NCBI GenBank assembly: GCA_963843145.1
Contig: CAWJJC010000020.1
Coordinates: forward strand, 288,001-352,000
DNA: 64,000 bases
DNA from: an uncultured delta proteobacterium
GTDB lineage: Bacteria; Desulfobacterota; RBG-13-43-22
Direction of reading: 5' to 3'
In this document: piece after piece, positions 1-10,782 of the stretch
Layout of the letters: the number at the start of each line of letters is the position of its first letter
Numbering within the stretch: the stretch's first letter is position 1
Translations under genes and position numbers: made by a program
The notes under the pieces: model-generated
The model's input: only the letters and a program-made list of their open reading frames with translations
Database searches by the model: none
What the model was told of the DNA's origin: nothing

Positions 1-732
1 GATGGCAGGCAATTCTTTTTCCAGGGAAAGTAAATCAGGGGCGATATCTTTTAGTTCCTTTTCGTAGAGACCTCGATTGGCTAAGGCCGTCCGGACCATC
101 ACCTTTTTAAGAGGATAAGGTAAACCGGGCGGTTGAACGAAGATAATTCCCATTAACCGGGGGAAATCGTTCTTGTCTTTCAGAAGTAAGGGATTCTCCC
201 CTTTTTCCCTCATTTTCGTCACCTTTGAATCTTGTAATGATTTAACCCCGGCGGAGTTAAATAACCCCAGGCTTAAGATTTGGTCGGGGAAGCGAACGGT
301 ATATATCCCGGCAAAAAAGCCACCCATCGAGTTGCCCACAATATTAAATTTCTTTAAATCGATGGCTTGGGTGAATCTGTGCAAACGAGAAATCTGACTG
401 GATAAATCGTAAGAAGCCTCGGCCGCTTTGGAGCTTTCACCGTAGCCGGGGACATCCGGGATCACCACATGGTACGCTTTAGTCAGGTAGGGCGCAAAGC
501 GGATCCAGTTATCTTTATTGCCGGTGTAGCCATGTAAAAGTAATATAGTCGGCCCCTGGCCTCCTTCGAGATAAACAATAGTTTGATCATCAATTTTGAC
601 TTCTTTTCTGGTTAGGCCGGCTTTGCTTCTGGCTATATCAATGAGATAGCCCGCGATCTTTTCGGGAAAAAAATAGTAGGCAGCAAAGGCGGCGGCAATT
701 ACGACCAAGACTGCCACTAGAATTTTTTTCAT
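1..732 (-). CDS. alpha/beta hydrolase (lipase/esterase) with N-terminal membrane anchor, runs off the window start
   Basis: Manual translation: MKKILVAVLVVIAAAFAAYYFFPEK...GQGPTILLLHGYTGNKDNW...HVVIPDVPGYGES...GNSMGG nucleophile elbow. Absent from the ORF track because it is open-ended. Confidence 0.85.
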   Translation of the reverse strand, partial: MKKILVAVLVVIAAAFAAYYFFPEKIAGYLIDIARSKAGLTRKEVKIDDQTIVYLEGGQGPTILLLHGYTGNKDNWIRFAPYLTKAYHVVIPDVPGYGESSKAAEASYDLSSQISRLHRFTQAIDLKKFNIVGNSMGGFFAGIYTVRFPDQILSLGLFNSAGVKSLQDSKVTKMREKGENPLLLKDKNDFPRLMGIIFVQPPGLPYPLKKVMVRTALANRGLYEKELKDIAPDLLSLEKELPAI

Positions 733-979
733 GTTGTTCTCCCGTTAGACCTGGAAGTATTACCCTAAGGATTCTATCCGCTTTGTTTCAGGCAAATTAT
801 TGATATTCTATTGGAAGTATAAGACTCAGAAAAATGCGAGGTCAAGAGAAAAAGAATATTGGAAACGAATAGGCCATCCACTATACTATTTTAAAGAACT
901 CATAGATGCTCCCTTTTACCGGGGCGCCCTCAGGGCTATCGTCGTATTCCAATCGGTTTGCTTACGGAGTCTGATCATC

Positions 980-1210
980 ATGAAAAACCTCCTACTATTC
1001 ATCAGCCTTGCGGCCCTAATGACCGGCTGCACCTACCTGGGGAACGTGGCCAAGCAGGTCCGCTATTCCAATCAACAGGGTCAGTCGCCCACCCAGCGTG
1101 TTTACAAACACATGATCGAGGTGGACAATTTTTTTGTTTTTGGATAAATCAAGAACAAAGCTGTTCTAAACCGGGAGGCCGTGGCAGTCATCGCCCTCTC
1201 CGACCGGAGC
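980..1210 (+). pseudogene. lipoprotein N-terminal stub
   Basis: MKNLLLFISLAALMTGC lipobox. In-frame TAA at 1145-1147, after which the frame reads IKNKAVLNREAVAVIALSDR and then degenerates. Confidence 0.5.
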
Positions 1211-1341
1211 AGATTGCAATGACAGGGATCCGGTCTTTTGTTGCCGCGACCCTATGCCCCCCACGGCCTTGGCAATATCCGGATCAGGGCACTAGCGGCT
1301 GATTCATACGAAATCCCGTGCCACACGGGAGAAAGCACCCC

Positions 1342-2158
1342 ATGCCCTACGTTACCGTTCGTGATCTCCGGATGTTTTACGAAATCCGAGGCACCGGCCC
1401 GCGCCTGCTCGGCATCGGCGGCACTGGTGGTGACTTGCGCCGTTTTCCGACCATCTTCGATATCCTCCCGGCCCAAAACTTCGAGATCCTCGCCTATGAC
1501 CAACGCGGCCTCGGCCGGACCTCTCGTCCGGACAAACCCTATACCATGGCCGACTATGCCGACGACGCGGAATGCCTTGATCGAGGCGCTGGGGTGGGAA
1601 CGGTGCCTGGTGGCGGGGTTCTCCTTCGGGGGAATGGTCGCCCAGGAGTTGGCCTTGCGCTATCCACACCGGGTGGAGCGCCTGGTCCTGGCCTCCACCA
1701 GCACCGGCGGGGCGGGCGGCGCCTCCTTTCCGCTGCACGAGATCACCGATCTCCCGGTCGGAGACTATATCCGCCGCCTAATCACCCTTAGCGATACCCG
1801 GCGGGACGCGGCCTGGCAGGCCGCTCATCCCACGCAATTCCAGGCGCTCTTTGACCAGATCCTCACCGGGATGCAGGTGAGCGCCGACGAACCCGGGCGC
1901 CGGACCGGCGCCCGCCGGCAACTGGAGGCCCGCGTCCGTCACGACACCTATGAACGGCTCCCTTTGCTGCGGATGCCGGTGTATATCTGCGGAGGGCGGT
2001 ACGACGGAATAGCGACACCCGCCGGCTTTGAAGCGCTGCGGAAACAAATTCCCGGGTCGCGGTTGGAGCTCTTTGAGGGAGGACACCTTTTTTTCGCCCA
2101 GGACCCGCGGGCGGTTGAGCGCCTCGGGGCGTTCCTGCGGGGAGAGCTCGACGAATGA
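1342..2158 (+). CDS. alpha/beta hydrolase, frameshifted near 1570
   Basis: MPYVTVRDLRMFYEIRGTGPRLL...YDQRGLGRTS...YTMADYADDA joins NALIEALGWERCLVAGFSFGGMVAQELALRYP...EGGHLF in another frame (GCG G AAT, one extra G). Confidence 0.85.
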
Positions 2159-2246
2159 TTCGGGAATACGGGAGATGGAAGCAATTGCCTTGAACCCTAG
2201 GGGCTAAGGAAATCCCCATGGGGTGGAATGGATATGAAAAAATTTC

Positions 2247-2547
2247 TCAGGCTAAAAATTGAAGGCCGACGCGATTATGGCTGCTGCCGGGTTCGACCCA
2301 GCGAACCTCTGACAAGGAGGGAATGAGGGTGTCCTGGGACGGGATGGGGATGTAGAGTTTAACCACATCACCCCGGTTCAAAGAGGCTGTAGTCCACATC
2401 CCGATGCCGTTGGTGCTGATGTCCACCCCGTCGCCGGTTAAGGTATTCGCTTGGGTTTGTCCCGCTCCGAGGACGGCCATCTCAAAATCTACCGGATAAG
2501 GGAAGATCGTTCCGTTCAAGGGTTCTTTTTTCCGGTTTGTTGACCAT
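2247..2547 (-). CDS. single-domain PilZ protein (c-di-GMP receptor), probable frameshift near 2512
   Basis: DISTNGIG (DxSxxG) and VRW...VGLQF. The upstream ATG at 2547 gives MVNKPEKRTLER (RxxxR) if one extra A is removed. Confidence 0.7.
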
Positions 2548-3234
2548 AACGCGTTTGTTTGTTGGGGGGTCAGTTAAGTAGTTAGCTCATTATATTTATT
2601 GATTTTAATTCAATTTTCGGGCCAACGAATTTTAAGGTCAACTATTCGAGAGCTACGCATTGCTCGCCAATCAGAAAGAGAGGACGTTAACTTACTAATA
2701 TTACTAAAAAGGTAGTTTAGTTTTCCCAGAATTCTACCCCGGCGTATCTGTTCTAATTTCTCCACGTCCCTTGGCCAGGGTTCGATTCAAATCGTAATCT
2801 AAATCGACAATCCATGAAATTTTCTTCAAGTTATCTTCCGTCTGTTAATTTAAAAAATAGGAAGATCAAAAGGTTAATGAATGGGTCCGCCGGTAATTTA
2901 AAAGTGTAAAAATTTCTGACGTTATTTCGGATTTTTAAGGCCTTTGGGGGACCTTAGGAAATAAATAGGCTAACTCATGAGGCAATAGCAAGAAAAAAAT
3001 GCAATCCCCCTATTTATTTTTCATCATCCGGAGGATCCCCTTTAAAGATTTGACCGGAATCGAGGCTCCTGCGGCCTTTCTGGAAACCAATCATTTGATT
3101 TACCCTAAGCCTGGCCTTCACCGGGATCCTTGAAAACTGGAACGGCAGCTCCCGGACCGGGTTCTGAAGGTCCAAGAAACAACCGAAAAAGTCATTGAGG
3201 TTTGCGGTGGTAAATTCTGGCCTGTGAATCTTGG

Positions 3235-4257
3235 TCAACCCACCCGCTCCAGATACAAAAACTTCCGGCGGACTTCATCCACGTTGAAAAACGTCCCGGT
3301 CTGCTCCACCTGGTGGACCAGTTCGACGATCTTGGCGTTCAGCGGTGTGGGCACACCATTCTTTTTCCCCAGCTCCACCACCTCCCCGTTCAGATAGTCG
3401 ATTTCCGTGGAGCGTTTCCGGCGCAGGCTCTGCAGGGTGGAGCCCAGCAGGGGCCAGGGGGTCTTCATCCGATCGACCCGGGCCGCCGCCACCTTGGCCG
3501 CCAGTTTGACCGGCAGGAAATTGATCAGACGGGTAAGGCCGACCGATACGTCCGGCAGGGATTCCAAACGGATGCCGGCCTTTTGAGCCGTTTTCAGCCC
3601 TTCGCGCATGACCCGGATGGCCAGAGCAGCCAGAAATGGATCTGCATAAACTTGGTGAAAAGTGCCGTCGATCAGGGCCGGCAGGGCGTTGTTCAGATTG
3701 GTAATCAGCTTCAGCCAGTGCGCGCCGCGGATGTTCTCCGAGACCCGGGTGGGGGTAGCCCGGTTCAGAATCTCGACGGCCTGTTCCAATAAAGAATCCC
3801 GGGGACCGAAGGGCCGGCCTACGATCAGGCCCCCTTCATACATCAAGGTCACCGAACCCGGGGCGAGGTAGTTGGCATGCAGCAGGACCACGGCGCTTAA
3901 GATTTTCTCCTTGGGCAGCAGTCCGGCGACCAGGTCGTCGCTGCGAACCCCGTTCTGCATCGTGACCACCGGCGCCCCGCTGACAAAAGGCAGGTTCGCC
4001 TGGAGGGCACCGACCACATCCTGGGTCTTCACCGCCAGCAGCACCAAGTCAGGCGTAAAAGCCAGCCTTTCGGCCACACCAATTTTTATCTGATGCTCCC
4101 CGGCATACCCATCCACCTTCAGCCCCTGGGTTTGAATGGCCTCCACTTGGTCCGCCCGGCCGATGAGGGTCACGTCCCATCCGGCGCGGTCCAGCAGAAA
4201 CCCCAAACCGCACCCTACGGCCCCGGCTCCGAGTATGGCGATTTTTTCCATTTTCAT
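3235..4257 (-). CDS. panE: 2-dehydropantoate 2-reductase (ketopantoate reductase family)
   Basis: KIAILGAGAVG, LLAVKTQD, MQNG, WLKLITN, STLQSLRRKRSTEIDYLNGEVV. Confidence 0.85.
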   Translation of the reverse strand: MKMEKIAILGAGAVGCGLGFLLDRAGWDVTLIGRADQVEAIQTQGLKVDGYAGEHQIKIGVAERLAFTPDLVLLAVKTQDVVGALQANLPFVSGAPVVTMQNGVRSDDLVAGLLPKEKILSAVVLLHANYLAPGSVTLMYEGGLIVGRPFGPRDSLLEQAVEILNRATPTRVSENIRGAHWLKLITNLNNALPALIDGTFHQVYADPFLAALAIRVMREGLKTAQKAGIRLESLPDVSVGLTRLINFLPVKLAAKVAAARVDRMKTPWPLLGSTLQSLRRKRSTEIDYLNGEVVELGKKNGVPTPLNAKIVELVHQVEQTGTFFNVDEVRRKFLYLERVG

Positions 4258-4445
4258 TTCCAGATTTCGTTGAACCAGTCCATCCCCCAGAAGGCCAGAC
4301 CGGCAAAGAACAGGTCCCAATTTTTTCGCTCGACCTCAACGGCGTAGACGTAGACCACCAAGGCAAAAAGAGTGATCGCGTACCACTGAAACAAGCTCCC
4401 GTCGCGCAAAATTTCGGCGGCCTTCAAGGCCGAAGCGGTTGGCAT
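4254..4445 (-). pseudogene. truncated conserved membrane protein (N-terminal 63 aa)
   Basis: MPTASALKAAEILRDGSLFQWYAITLF...FAGLAFWGMDWFNEIW resembles the N-terminus of a longer hypothetical membrane protein family. It ends abruptly, overlapping the panE start. Confidence 0.5.
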
Positions 4446-4491
4446 AAACCTTTTCCTTATTGAATAGGAAAATATCCTTTTCTTATCCGCC

Positions 4492-5172
4492 TTAGTAAGG
4501 GGGTTCGGCCGGACCGGTGTACCCACACATACCCATTCGGGGTGAATTGACCACGGGTATAGGTTCCCCGTAGTTGTCATGCGGATGGGTCCGGGCATGT
4601 TCAGCGCATAAAGCCCCGGTTAAGTCCTCTTCGAGACACTCCACACAAGTCCAGGCGGCCGGACTGCCGCATTCCATACATGCGCTTTCCGGCGGCAGAT
4701 TGCGCGCCATCAGGGCGATCGGCCGAGCGGTGGTCGGCTTTCCCTCCCGGGTGCCGACCACCTTGATTACCGTTTCAGACGAAGTTCCGAAATCGTAAAT
4801 ATGGGTGAGTTCGTCTCCCTCCAGAAAGACTTCGCGAATCTTCCGCCGCATAGAGATCTCGTCTCCTCGCCAACCCCCGAAAGAAAATTGACTCATATGA
4901 CCGCAGCACTCCAACCAGATGTACCGCAGGTAAGAATCAAGGTCCTTTAAGGTGCCGGAATCGCGCATTTCCAGATCCAGCCAGTAGTAAGGCTGCCAGG
5001 CATCCTGGACCCGAAGATGATAGAGCGTCTCCTTTTTGGCCTTCCCCTGTTCAGCCTTCTCGATGACGATCCTGCGCTGGGGGCAGACCGACAAATGCTT
5101 GGTTACACCGCCCTTAACTATTTCCTTTTCGCAGTATCCGCATGATCCTTTTGATTGTTTGCCACGAGGCAT
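4492..5172 (-). CDS. pRiA4b ORF-3-like protein with Cys/His zinc-binding motifs
   Basis: TLKDLDSYLRYIWLECCGHMSQF, HIYDFGTSSE, C-terminal VVNSPRMGMCGY; AAGGAG RBS. Confidence 0.7.
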   Translation of the reverse strand: MPRGKQSKGSCGYCEKEIVKGGVTKHLSVCPQRRIVIEKAEQGKAKKETLYHLRVQDAWQPYYWLDLEMRDSGTLKDLDSYLRYIWLECCGHMSQFSFGGWRGDEISMRRKIREVFLEGDELTHIYDFGTSSETVIKVVGTREGKPTTARPIALMARNLPPESACMECGSPAAWTCVECLEEDLTGALCAEHARTHPHDNYGEPIPVVNSPRMGMCGYTGPAEPPY

Positions 5173-5195
5173 GGGCATCTCCTTTTATGCTTTTC

Positions 5196-5250
5196 GTAGG
5201 GCAGGCGACCCCGCCTGTCACGCCTGAGGCGTGACGGAGTCGCCGCGACG
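5196..5250. repeat. REP-like GTAG-headed hairpin
   Basis: GTAGGGCAGGCGACCCC...GTCACGCC-TGA-GGCGTGAC...GGAGTCGCC nested inverted repeat. Confidence 0.5.
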
Positions 5251-5259
5251 AAAGACCAC

Positions 5260-5294
5260 TTCGTCACTCGATATTCGGTGTTCGATATTCGAAA
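5260..5294. repeat. degenerate heptamer tandem repeat (YTCGNNN x5)
   Basis: TTCGTCA CTCGATA TTCGGTG TTCGATA TTCGAAA. Confidence 0.55.
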
Positions 5295-5544
5295 TTTGTT
5301 TTTATTTTTATACTAAACGCGGATAATTTCAAAAGTCAAGCGAGCTCTTGGCCTTCTGGACTGTCCGAATATGGGAATTCCTTTGCAGCAAATGGCTGGC
5401 AAAGCTATGGAGACGAAAAATGCCTTCGGGCTAGAAGGAGTTTTCTCGATTTTAATTCTTTTCCGCATGTGGTTTATGGTAAGGCATAAACACCGGGACT
5501 GACCTTATCGAATAAATCGGAGTTTTTGAAAAAGGAGGTTGAAG

Positions 5545-6363
5545 ATGGAAATCGAGGACTTTCAGGACATTCTGTACGAGAAGGAGCCGGAAACGGGGAT
5601 AGTCACCATCACCTTCAACCAGCCGGAACGAAAAAATGCCTTGAGCCTGATCACCTTCCTGGAATTGGGATCGGCCCTGGAGGCGATAGAAAAGGACCCG
5701 GAGGCCCGGGTCTTGATCCTGACCGGCCGAGGCGAAGCCTTTTCCTCCGGGGGATATTTTAACCTGAACTTCATGCAGAGCCTGACCCAGGAGCAGCGCA
5801 ACCAAATCGATGTTACCGACATCGCCCAGAAAAAACTGTGCCTGAAATTCTGGGAATTCGACAAGCCGGTGATTGCCGCCATCAACGGCCTGGCCATCGG
5901 TGCCGGGTTCACCCTGCCCCTGGCCTGCGCCGACCTGATCTATATGGCCGAGGAGGCCTTCCTGCGGTTCCCCTTTACTCAGATCGGCGTCATTCAGGAA
6001 TTCGCCTGCTCCTATCTGCTGCCCCGGCTCCTCGGATTTCAAAAAGCCAAGGAGCTGTTGTTTTTCCCCGAAAAGATTACGGCCGCCCGGGCACTAGAAC
6101 TGGGGCTGATCAATGGCGTGGTGCCGGGAGCCGAACTGCTGCCCTTCGTCCGGGAAAAGGCCCGGCAACTGGTCCCCCCCCAGGGCGCCGCCCTGGCCCT
6201 GCGCCTGGCCAAGCAGGCCTTTCACCAACCCCTGATCACGGAGATTTCCGCGGCCCTGGATCAGGAAAACCTGGGATTGAACCAGGCCTTCGGCAGCGAG
6301 GATTTTTTCGAGGCCCTGGCGGCCCGGATGGAGAAGAGGCCGGCGCGGTTCAAGGGAAGATAA
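5545..6363 (+). CDS. enoyl-CoA hydratase/isomerase (crotonase) family protein
   Basis: TITFNQPERKNAL, LTGRGEAFSSGG, KPVIAAINGLAIGAG, ACADLIY; AGGAGG RBS. Confidence 0.9.
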   Translation: MEIEDFQDILYEKEPETGIVTITFNQPERKNALSLITFLELGSALEAIEKDPEARVLILTGRGEAFSSGGYFNLNFMQSLTQEQRNQIDVTDIAQKKLCLKFWEFDKPVIAAINGLAIGAGFTLPLACADLIYMAEEAFLRFPFTQIGVIQEFACSYLLPRLLGFQKAKELLFFPEKITAARALELGLINGVVPGAELLPFVREKARQLVPPQGAALALRLAKQAFHQPLITEISAALDQENLGLNQAFGSEDFFEALAARMEKRPARFKGR

Positions 6364-6695
6364 AAGTTCGCCTTGGGTCGGACCCCAAGGATTATCCGAG
6401 TAAAATCTTTTGGCCCTTTGTCGTCTCCCCAACCATCCAGTTAAATCATAATTAAATGTTACCAAGAGGGTAGTAGCGGAGAGGACTTCACCCACCCTTG
6501 CCACAAGAGAGAATTTTTATTATAATATTCCATTTCCAAGTCCAGGCATCTAATAGCCAGGAAGACAGGTCCGTAGTATAATCAAACGGAAAATCCCGCA
6601 GAGGTTATTGAGGGAAGACCGGTATCAGGCCACAGCCGTTGAAAGCGGAAACCATTTGATCCAATTGGTCAACCTGTAATCATTCGGAGGTCTTC

Positions 6696-7340
6696 ATGAA
6701 AAAGAAAAAGATCGGCGAGAACGGTTCAGGCCAAACAGAGGGCATCACCAGGCGCCATTTCCTTACCTCTTTGGGGACGGGTGCGGCGGTGGTGGCGGCA
6801 ACCGGGAAATCTCATTGCCGAGACCGCCCGGGAGCCCGAAATTTTAAAAGCCAATGAAACGGCAAAAATAACCCTCTCGATCAACGGCCGCCGCCACCGT
6901 CTGCTGGTCGAGTCCCGGTGGTCGCTCCTCTTTGTACTGAGGGAGAAGCTCGGGCTGACCGGCACCAAGGTAGGCTGCGAACGGGGTGAATGCGGGGCCT
7001 GCACGGTCCTCATCGATGATGTGCCCCGTTATGCCTGCCTGATCCTGGCCGTAGAGGCTCAGGGGGTCAAGATCACGACCCTGGAGGGCTGATGGCCGGT
7101 GACGAGCTGGGTTCGGTCCAGCAGGCCTTTGTGGAAGAGGATGCCTTCCAGTGCGGCTATTGCACGCCGGGGCAGATCATGGCGGCCGAGGGGCTGCTTC
7201 GGTCCAGGCCGAAACCCTCCCCTGAAGAGATCCGGAGGGCCATGAGCGGCAACCTTTGCCGCTGTGGGGCCTACGATAATATATTCAAGGCCGTCGAGCG
7301 GGCCGCCGCCCTTAGAAACGGGAAAGGAGGCCGGGTATGA
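6696..7340 (+). CDS. 2Fe-2S subunit of xanthine-dehydrogenase-family aldehyde oxidoreductase with Tat signal (PaoA/YagT-like), two frameshifts (~6805, ~7088)
   Basis: ITRRHFLTSLGTGAAVVAA Tat motif; GLTGTKVGCERGECGACTV; FQCGYCTPGQIM; GNLCRCGAY, spread over three frames. Confidence 0.85.
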
Positions 7341-9667
7341 ACACAGAGGATAAAAGTCTTTACTATCAGACAGACACCCCCGTTCCCGATACCCCTCTGC
7401 CGGGAAAGGCACCTGCCCCCTGGAAGAAAACCCAGGTCGTAGGTAAATCCATACCGAGGGTCGATGCCTACGAGCGGGTAAGCGGCCGGGCCGTTTATCC
7501 CTCGGACCTTTCCCTTCCCCGTATGCTTTACGGGGCCATCCTCCGCTCCCCCTATCCCCATGCCCGAGTTAAAAAGTTAGATACCACAGGGGCGGAAAAG
7601 ATGAAGGGAGTCCGCTCGGTGATCAGCGCCTCTACCGGCGAAGCGGAGGTTACCTGGCCTTACACTAAGGAAAAGAAGGTTAAGCTCTTTGACCCCGAGT
7701 GCCGGTACGAGGGCGAGACGATCGCCGCCGTAACCGCGGAAACACCCTATCAGGCCTGGGATGCCGTGCGGGCCATCAAGGTGGACTATGATATTCTTCC
7801 CTTCGTCGTCGACGAGCGGAAAGCGCTTGATCCGAAGGCTTCCCCGGTCCAGCCGGAAGGGAACAGGGTCAAACCGGTCGAGATATACGAACGGGGGGAT
7901 ACGGCCAAAGGGTTTGCCCTGGCCGACGTGGTCCTGGAGCAGACCTATCGGACGGAATGCGAACTCCATACCCCCATGGAGCTCCATGGCTGCGTGGCCC
8001 GCTGGGAGCGGAACCTCCTGACCATCTGGGAATCGACCCAGGGGGTTTACCCGGTGCAGGCCCGGGTTGCCGAGGTCCTCGGTCTGCCTCTTTCGAAGGT
8101 CCGGGTCATCGGCCATTACATGGGAGGAGGATTCGGCAGCAAACTCCAGGCCGACAAATATACGATTATTGCCGCCCTTCTGGCCAAAAAGACGGGCCGG
8201 CCGGTAAAGCTCTTTTTGACCAGGGAGGAGACCTTTCTGGCCGTGGGTAACCGGCCCCCGGCGAACATGAAGCTAAAGGCCGGGGTGAAGAAAGACGGCA
8301 TCCTCACGGCCCTGTATTTTACCTGTACCGGCACGGGGGGCGCCTTTCCGGCAGGCGGTACAGCCCTGGTGGACTGGCTCATCAAAGAGTTGTACCTCTG
8401 CCCGAATGTCCGGACCGAACTTTCGGACGTCTACGTCAATGCCGGCCTGTCCAGGCCCTTTCGGGCTCCAGGCCATCCCCAGGGGGCCTGGGCCCTGGAA
8501 CAGATGCTGGATGCCCTGGCCGAGGCTATCGGGATGGACCCGGTGGAACTACGCCTCAAAAACATACCGACTTTCAGCCAGACCAGGAATGGGAATCCGG
8601 CTTACACGACCACCGGCTTAAGAGAGTGTCTCGAAGAAGGGGCCAAGGCCTTTGGGTGGGACCAGGCGCGTAAAGAAATCGCCCGGACCCCAAAAAACGT
8701 CAAGCTGCGGCGGGGGGTCGGTATGGCCGGCTCCACCTGGTTCGTCGGCGGAGGCGGACCGCCTTCCACCATCATTGTCAGGCTCTTCTCCGACGGCAGC
8801 GTCAACCTGAACATGGGGGCGAGCGATATCGGGACCGGCACGAAGACCGTCATGGCCCTGGTCGTTGCCGAAGAACTGGGCATTAAGCCCGAGGCCATCC
8901 AGATCGAGCATGCCGATACGGGAACCACCCAATACGCCACTGCCAGCGGAGGCAGCAAGACCGTTCCCACCGAGTCGCCGGCTGTACGCGCGGCGGCCAT
9001 CGACGTGAAGCGGCAGATACTGGAGCTGGCGGCGGAGGAACTGAAGACCGATGCCTCGGCCCTGGCGATCAGACAGGGGACGGTATGGGATGGAAAAGAT
9101 CCCTCCCGGAAGATCAAGATAACCGATATACCGGGGCTCAAGGCCCAGGGGGTGGTCGTCGGCATCGGCCACCGGGGACCCAATCCCAAGAACAAATTTG
9201 TCAATCCCTTTTGCGCCCAGTTCTGCGAGGTGGAGTGCAACATGAAGACGGGCGAAGTCAGGATTATCCGCTTCCTCAGCGCCAACGACAGCGGCCGGGT
9301 CATGGACCGGCTCACCTATGACAATCAGGTGGGAGGGGGTATCACCATGGGGGTGGGCCTGGCCCTGACGGAAATGAGAGTCCTCGACGCCGAACAGACC
9401 GGGAAGATGGTCAACAGAAACTGGCATGATTACAAGCTTCCCACGGCCCTCGATGTGCCCGGCCGGATCGTCTCGCTTCCCCTGGACAGGCCCGATGACG
9501 AGGCCAACTCGACGGGCAGCAAAGGTTTAGGGGAACCGGTGACGATCCCCACGGCCGCGGCCATCGCCAACGCGGTCTACCACGCCACGGGTCTGAGAAT
9601 GACGGCCAGCCCCATCAATCCCGTCACCCTCTGTGAAAAACTGGCCAAGGGCCGGAAGGAGGTCTGA
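7337..9667 (+). CDS. xanthine dehydrogenase family molybdopterin-binding subunit (PaoC/YagR-like)
   Basis: LRSPYPHARV, MGGGFGSK, FRAPGHPQG, DIGTGTKT, SGGSKT, KGLGEP. Confidence 0.92.
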   Translation: MNTEDKSLYYQTDTPVPDTPLPGKAPAPWKKTQVVGKSIPRVDAYERVSGRAVYPSDLSLPRMLYGAILRSPYPHARVKKLDTTGAEKMKGVRSVISASTGEAEVTWPYTKEKKVKLFDPECRYEGETIAAVTAETPYQAWDAVRAIKVDYDILPFVVDERKALDPKASPVQPEGNRVKPVEIYERGDTAKGFALADVVLEQTYRTECELHTPMELHGCVARWERNLLTIWESTQGVYPVQARVAEVLGLPLSKVRVIGHYMGGGFGSKLQADKYTIIAALLAKKTGRPVKLFLTREETFLAVGNRPPANMKLKAGVKKDGILTALYFTCTGTGGAFPAGGTALVDWLIKELYLCPNVRTELSDVYVNAGLSRPFRAPGHPQGAWALEQMLDALAEAIGMDPVELRLKNIPTFSQTRNGNPAYTTTGLRECLEEGAKAFGWDQARKEIARTPKNVKLRRGVGMAGSTWFVGGGGPPSTIIVRLFSDGSVNLNMGASDIGTGTKTVMALVVAEELGIKPEAIQIEHADTGTTQYATASGGSKTVPTESPAVRAAAIDVKRQILELAAEELKTDASALAIRQGTVWDGKDPSRKIKITDIPGLKAQGVVVGIGHRGPNPKNKFVNPFCAQFCEVECNMKTGEVRIIRFLSANDSGRVMDRLTYDNQVGGGITMGVGLALTEMRVLDAEQTGKMVNRNWHDYKLPTALDVPGRIVSLPLDRPDDEANSTGSKGLGEPVTIPTAAAIANAVYHATGLRMTASPINPVTLCEKLAKGRKEV

Positions 9668-9671
9668 GTCG

Positions 9672-10643
9672 ATGATCCAATCTTTCCAGTATATCAGCGT
9701 TAAACGGGTTGAAGACGGGGTGAAACAACTTTCAAGCAGGGGATCGAAAATACATGCCGGGGGAACGGATCTTCTCGGATGCCTCCGGGAACGGGTCTTT
9801 CCCGTAGAAAAAGTGGTGAGCATCAACGGCATCAAGGATCTGAAGGGTATCAGCGAGAAGGGCGGCGGGCTCAGGATCGGAGCTTTGACCACGATTAAGG
9901 AAGTGGCCGAAAACCCGCTGATCCAAAGGCTTTTCCCCGGCCTGGCCCGGGCGGCAGGAGAGGTGGCCAGCCCCCCGCTTGCGCAACCAGGGTACCATCG
10001 GCGGCAACATCTGCCAGAAACCCCGTTGCTGGTACTACCGCGGTGAATTTCATTGCACCCGGAAAGGCGGCGGGACCTGTTTGCCTATTCGGGGGAGAAC
10101 CAGTACCATTGCCTCTTCGGCGGCGACGGTTGCTACATCGTTCACCCCTCCGATACGGCCCCGGTCCTGGCAGCGCTTGAGGCCCAGGTGGGCCTGATCG
10201 GCCCGCAAGGAGCCCGGATGGTGAAGGTGGAGGAGTTTTTTGTACTTCCGGTCGTTGACCCGACCCGGGAGACGGTGATCGGGCCGGAGGAGATATTGAC
10301 CGAGATTCTGATCCCCGCGCCTCCGCCCAGGTTGAAAAGCTCCTACAGGAAAGTCCGTGCCCGCCGCTCATGGGATTTTGCCTTGACCGGCGTAGCCCTG
10401 GCCCTGACCTTCGACGGCGTCAGGGTGGCCAAGTCGCGGGTATTCCTGAGCGGAGTCGCACCGATTCCTTGGCGGGCGCAGGAAATAGAAGAAGAAATAA
10501 CCGGCAAGGAGTTAACGACGGGAACGATCGCCAAGGCCGGAGCGGCTGCCATCAAAAAGGCCGAACCCCTGTCAAAAAACGGGTACAAGGTTCCCTTACT
10601 GCAGGCCGTGATAGAAGAGGAGTTGGAAGCCATTAGGCCGTAA
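9672..10643 (+). CDS. FAD-binding subunit (PaoB/YagS-like) with 4Fe-4S insert, two frameshifts (~9977, ~10081)
   Basis: AGGTDLL, LRIGALTT, RNQGTIGGNICQKPRCWYYR...C..KGG..C...C...HPSD, YRKVRARRSWDFA. Confidence 0.85.
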
Positions 10644-10782
10644 AGGAAATCCGAGGGCCAGCTTGGAACCCAAAAAGCAATAGGGCAAACCCTTTCGCCA
10701 AGACCCTTCGTCCATTCCAGATAGGAGGGCCTACCCACCCGATAGGGCGAAGCGTCGAAATGATAAATTGGAGGCCTGAATA

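Noticed and set aside
2770-2800. tRNA or att-site fragment (GGGTTCGATTC)
   Set aside because: The T-stem cannot pair, and there is no cloverleaf or integrase nearby.
3014-3238. 74-aa ORF downstream of panE
   Set aside because: TTG start, no recognisable motif; cannot be supported.
6590-6695. Moco riboswitch upstream of the molybdoenzyme operon
   Set aside because: No CCUCCCG...GGAAAGG-type conserved core is visible.
7085-7095. Selenocysteine readthrough at TGA in the 2Fe-2S subunit
   Set aside because: The downstream protein continues in a different frame; a one-base deletion explains it.
10675-10760. c-di-GMP-I riboswitch (GGGCAAACC seen)
   Set aside because: Lacks the GAAA-loop stem and the following GACGCAAAG element.
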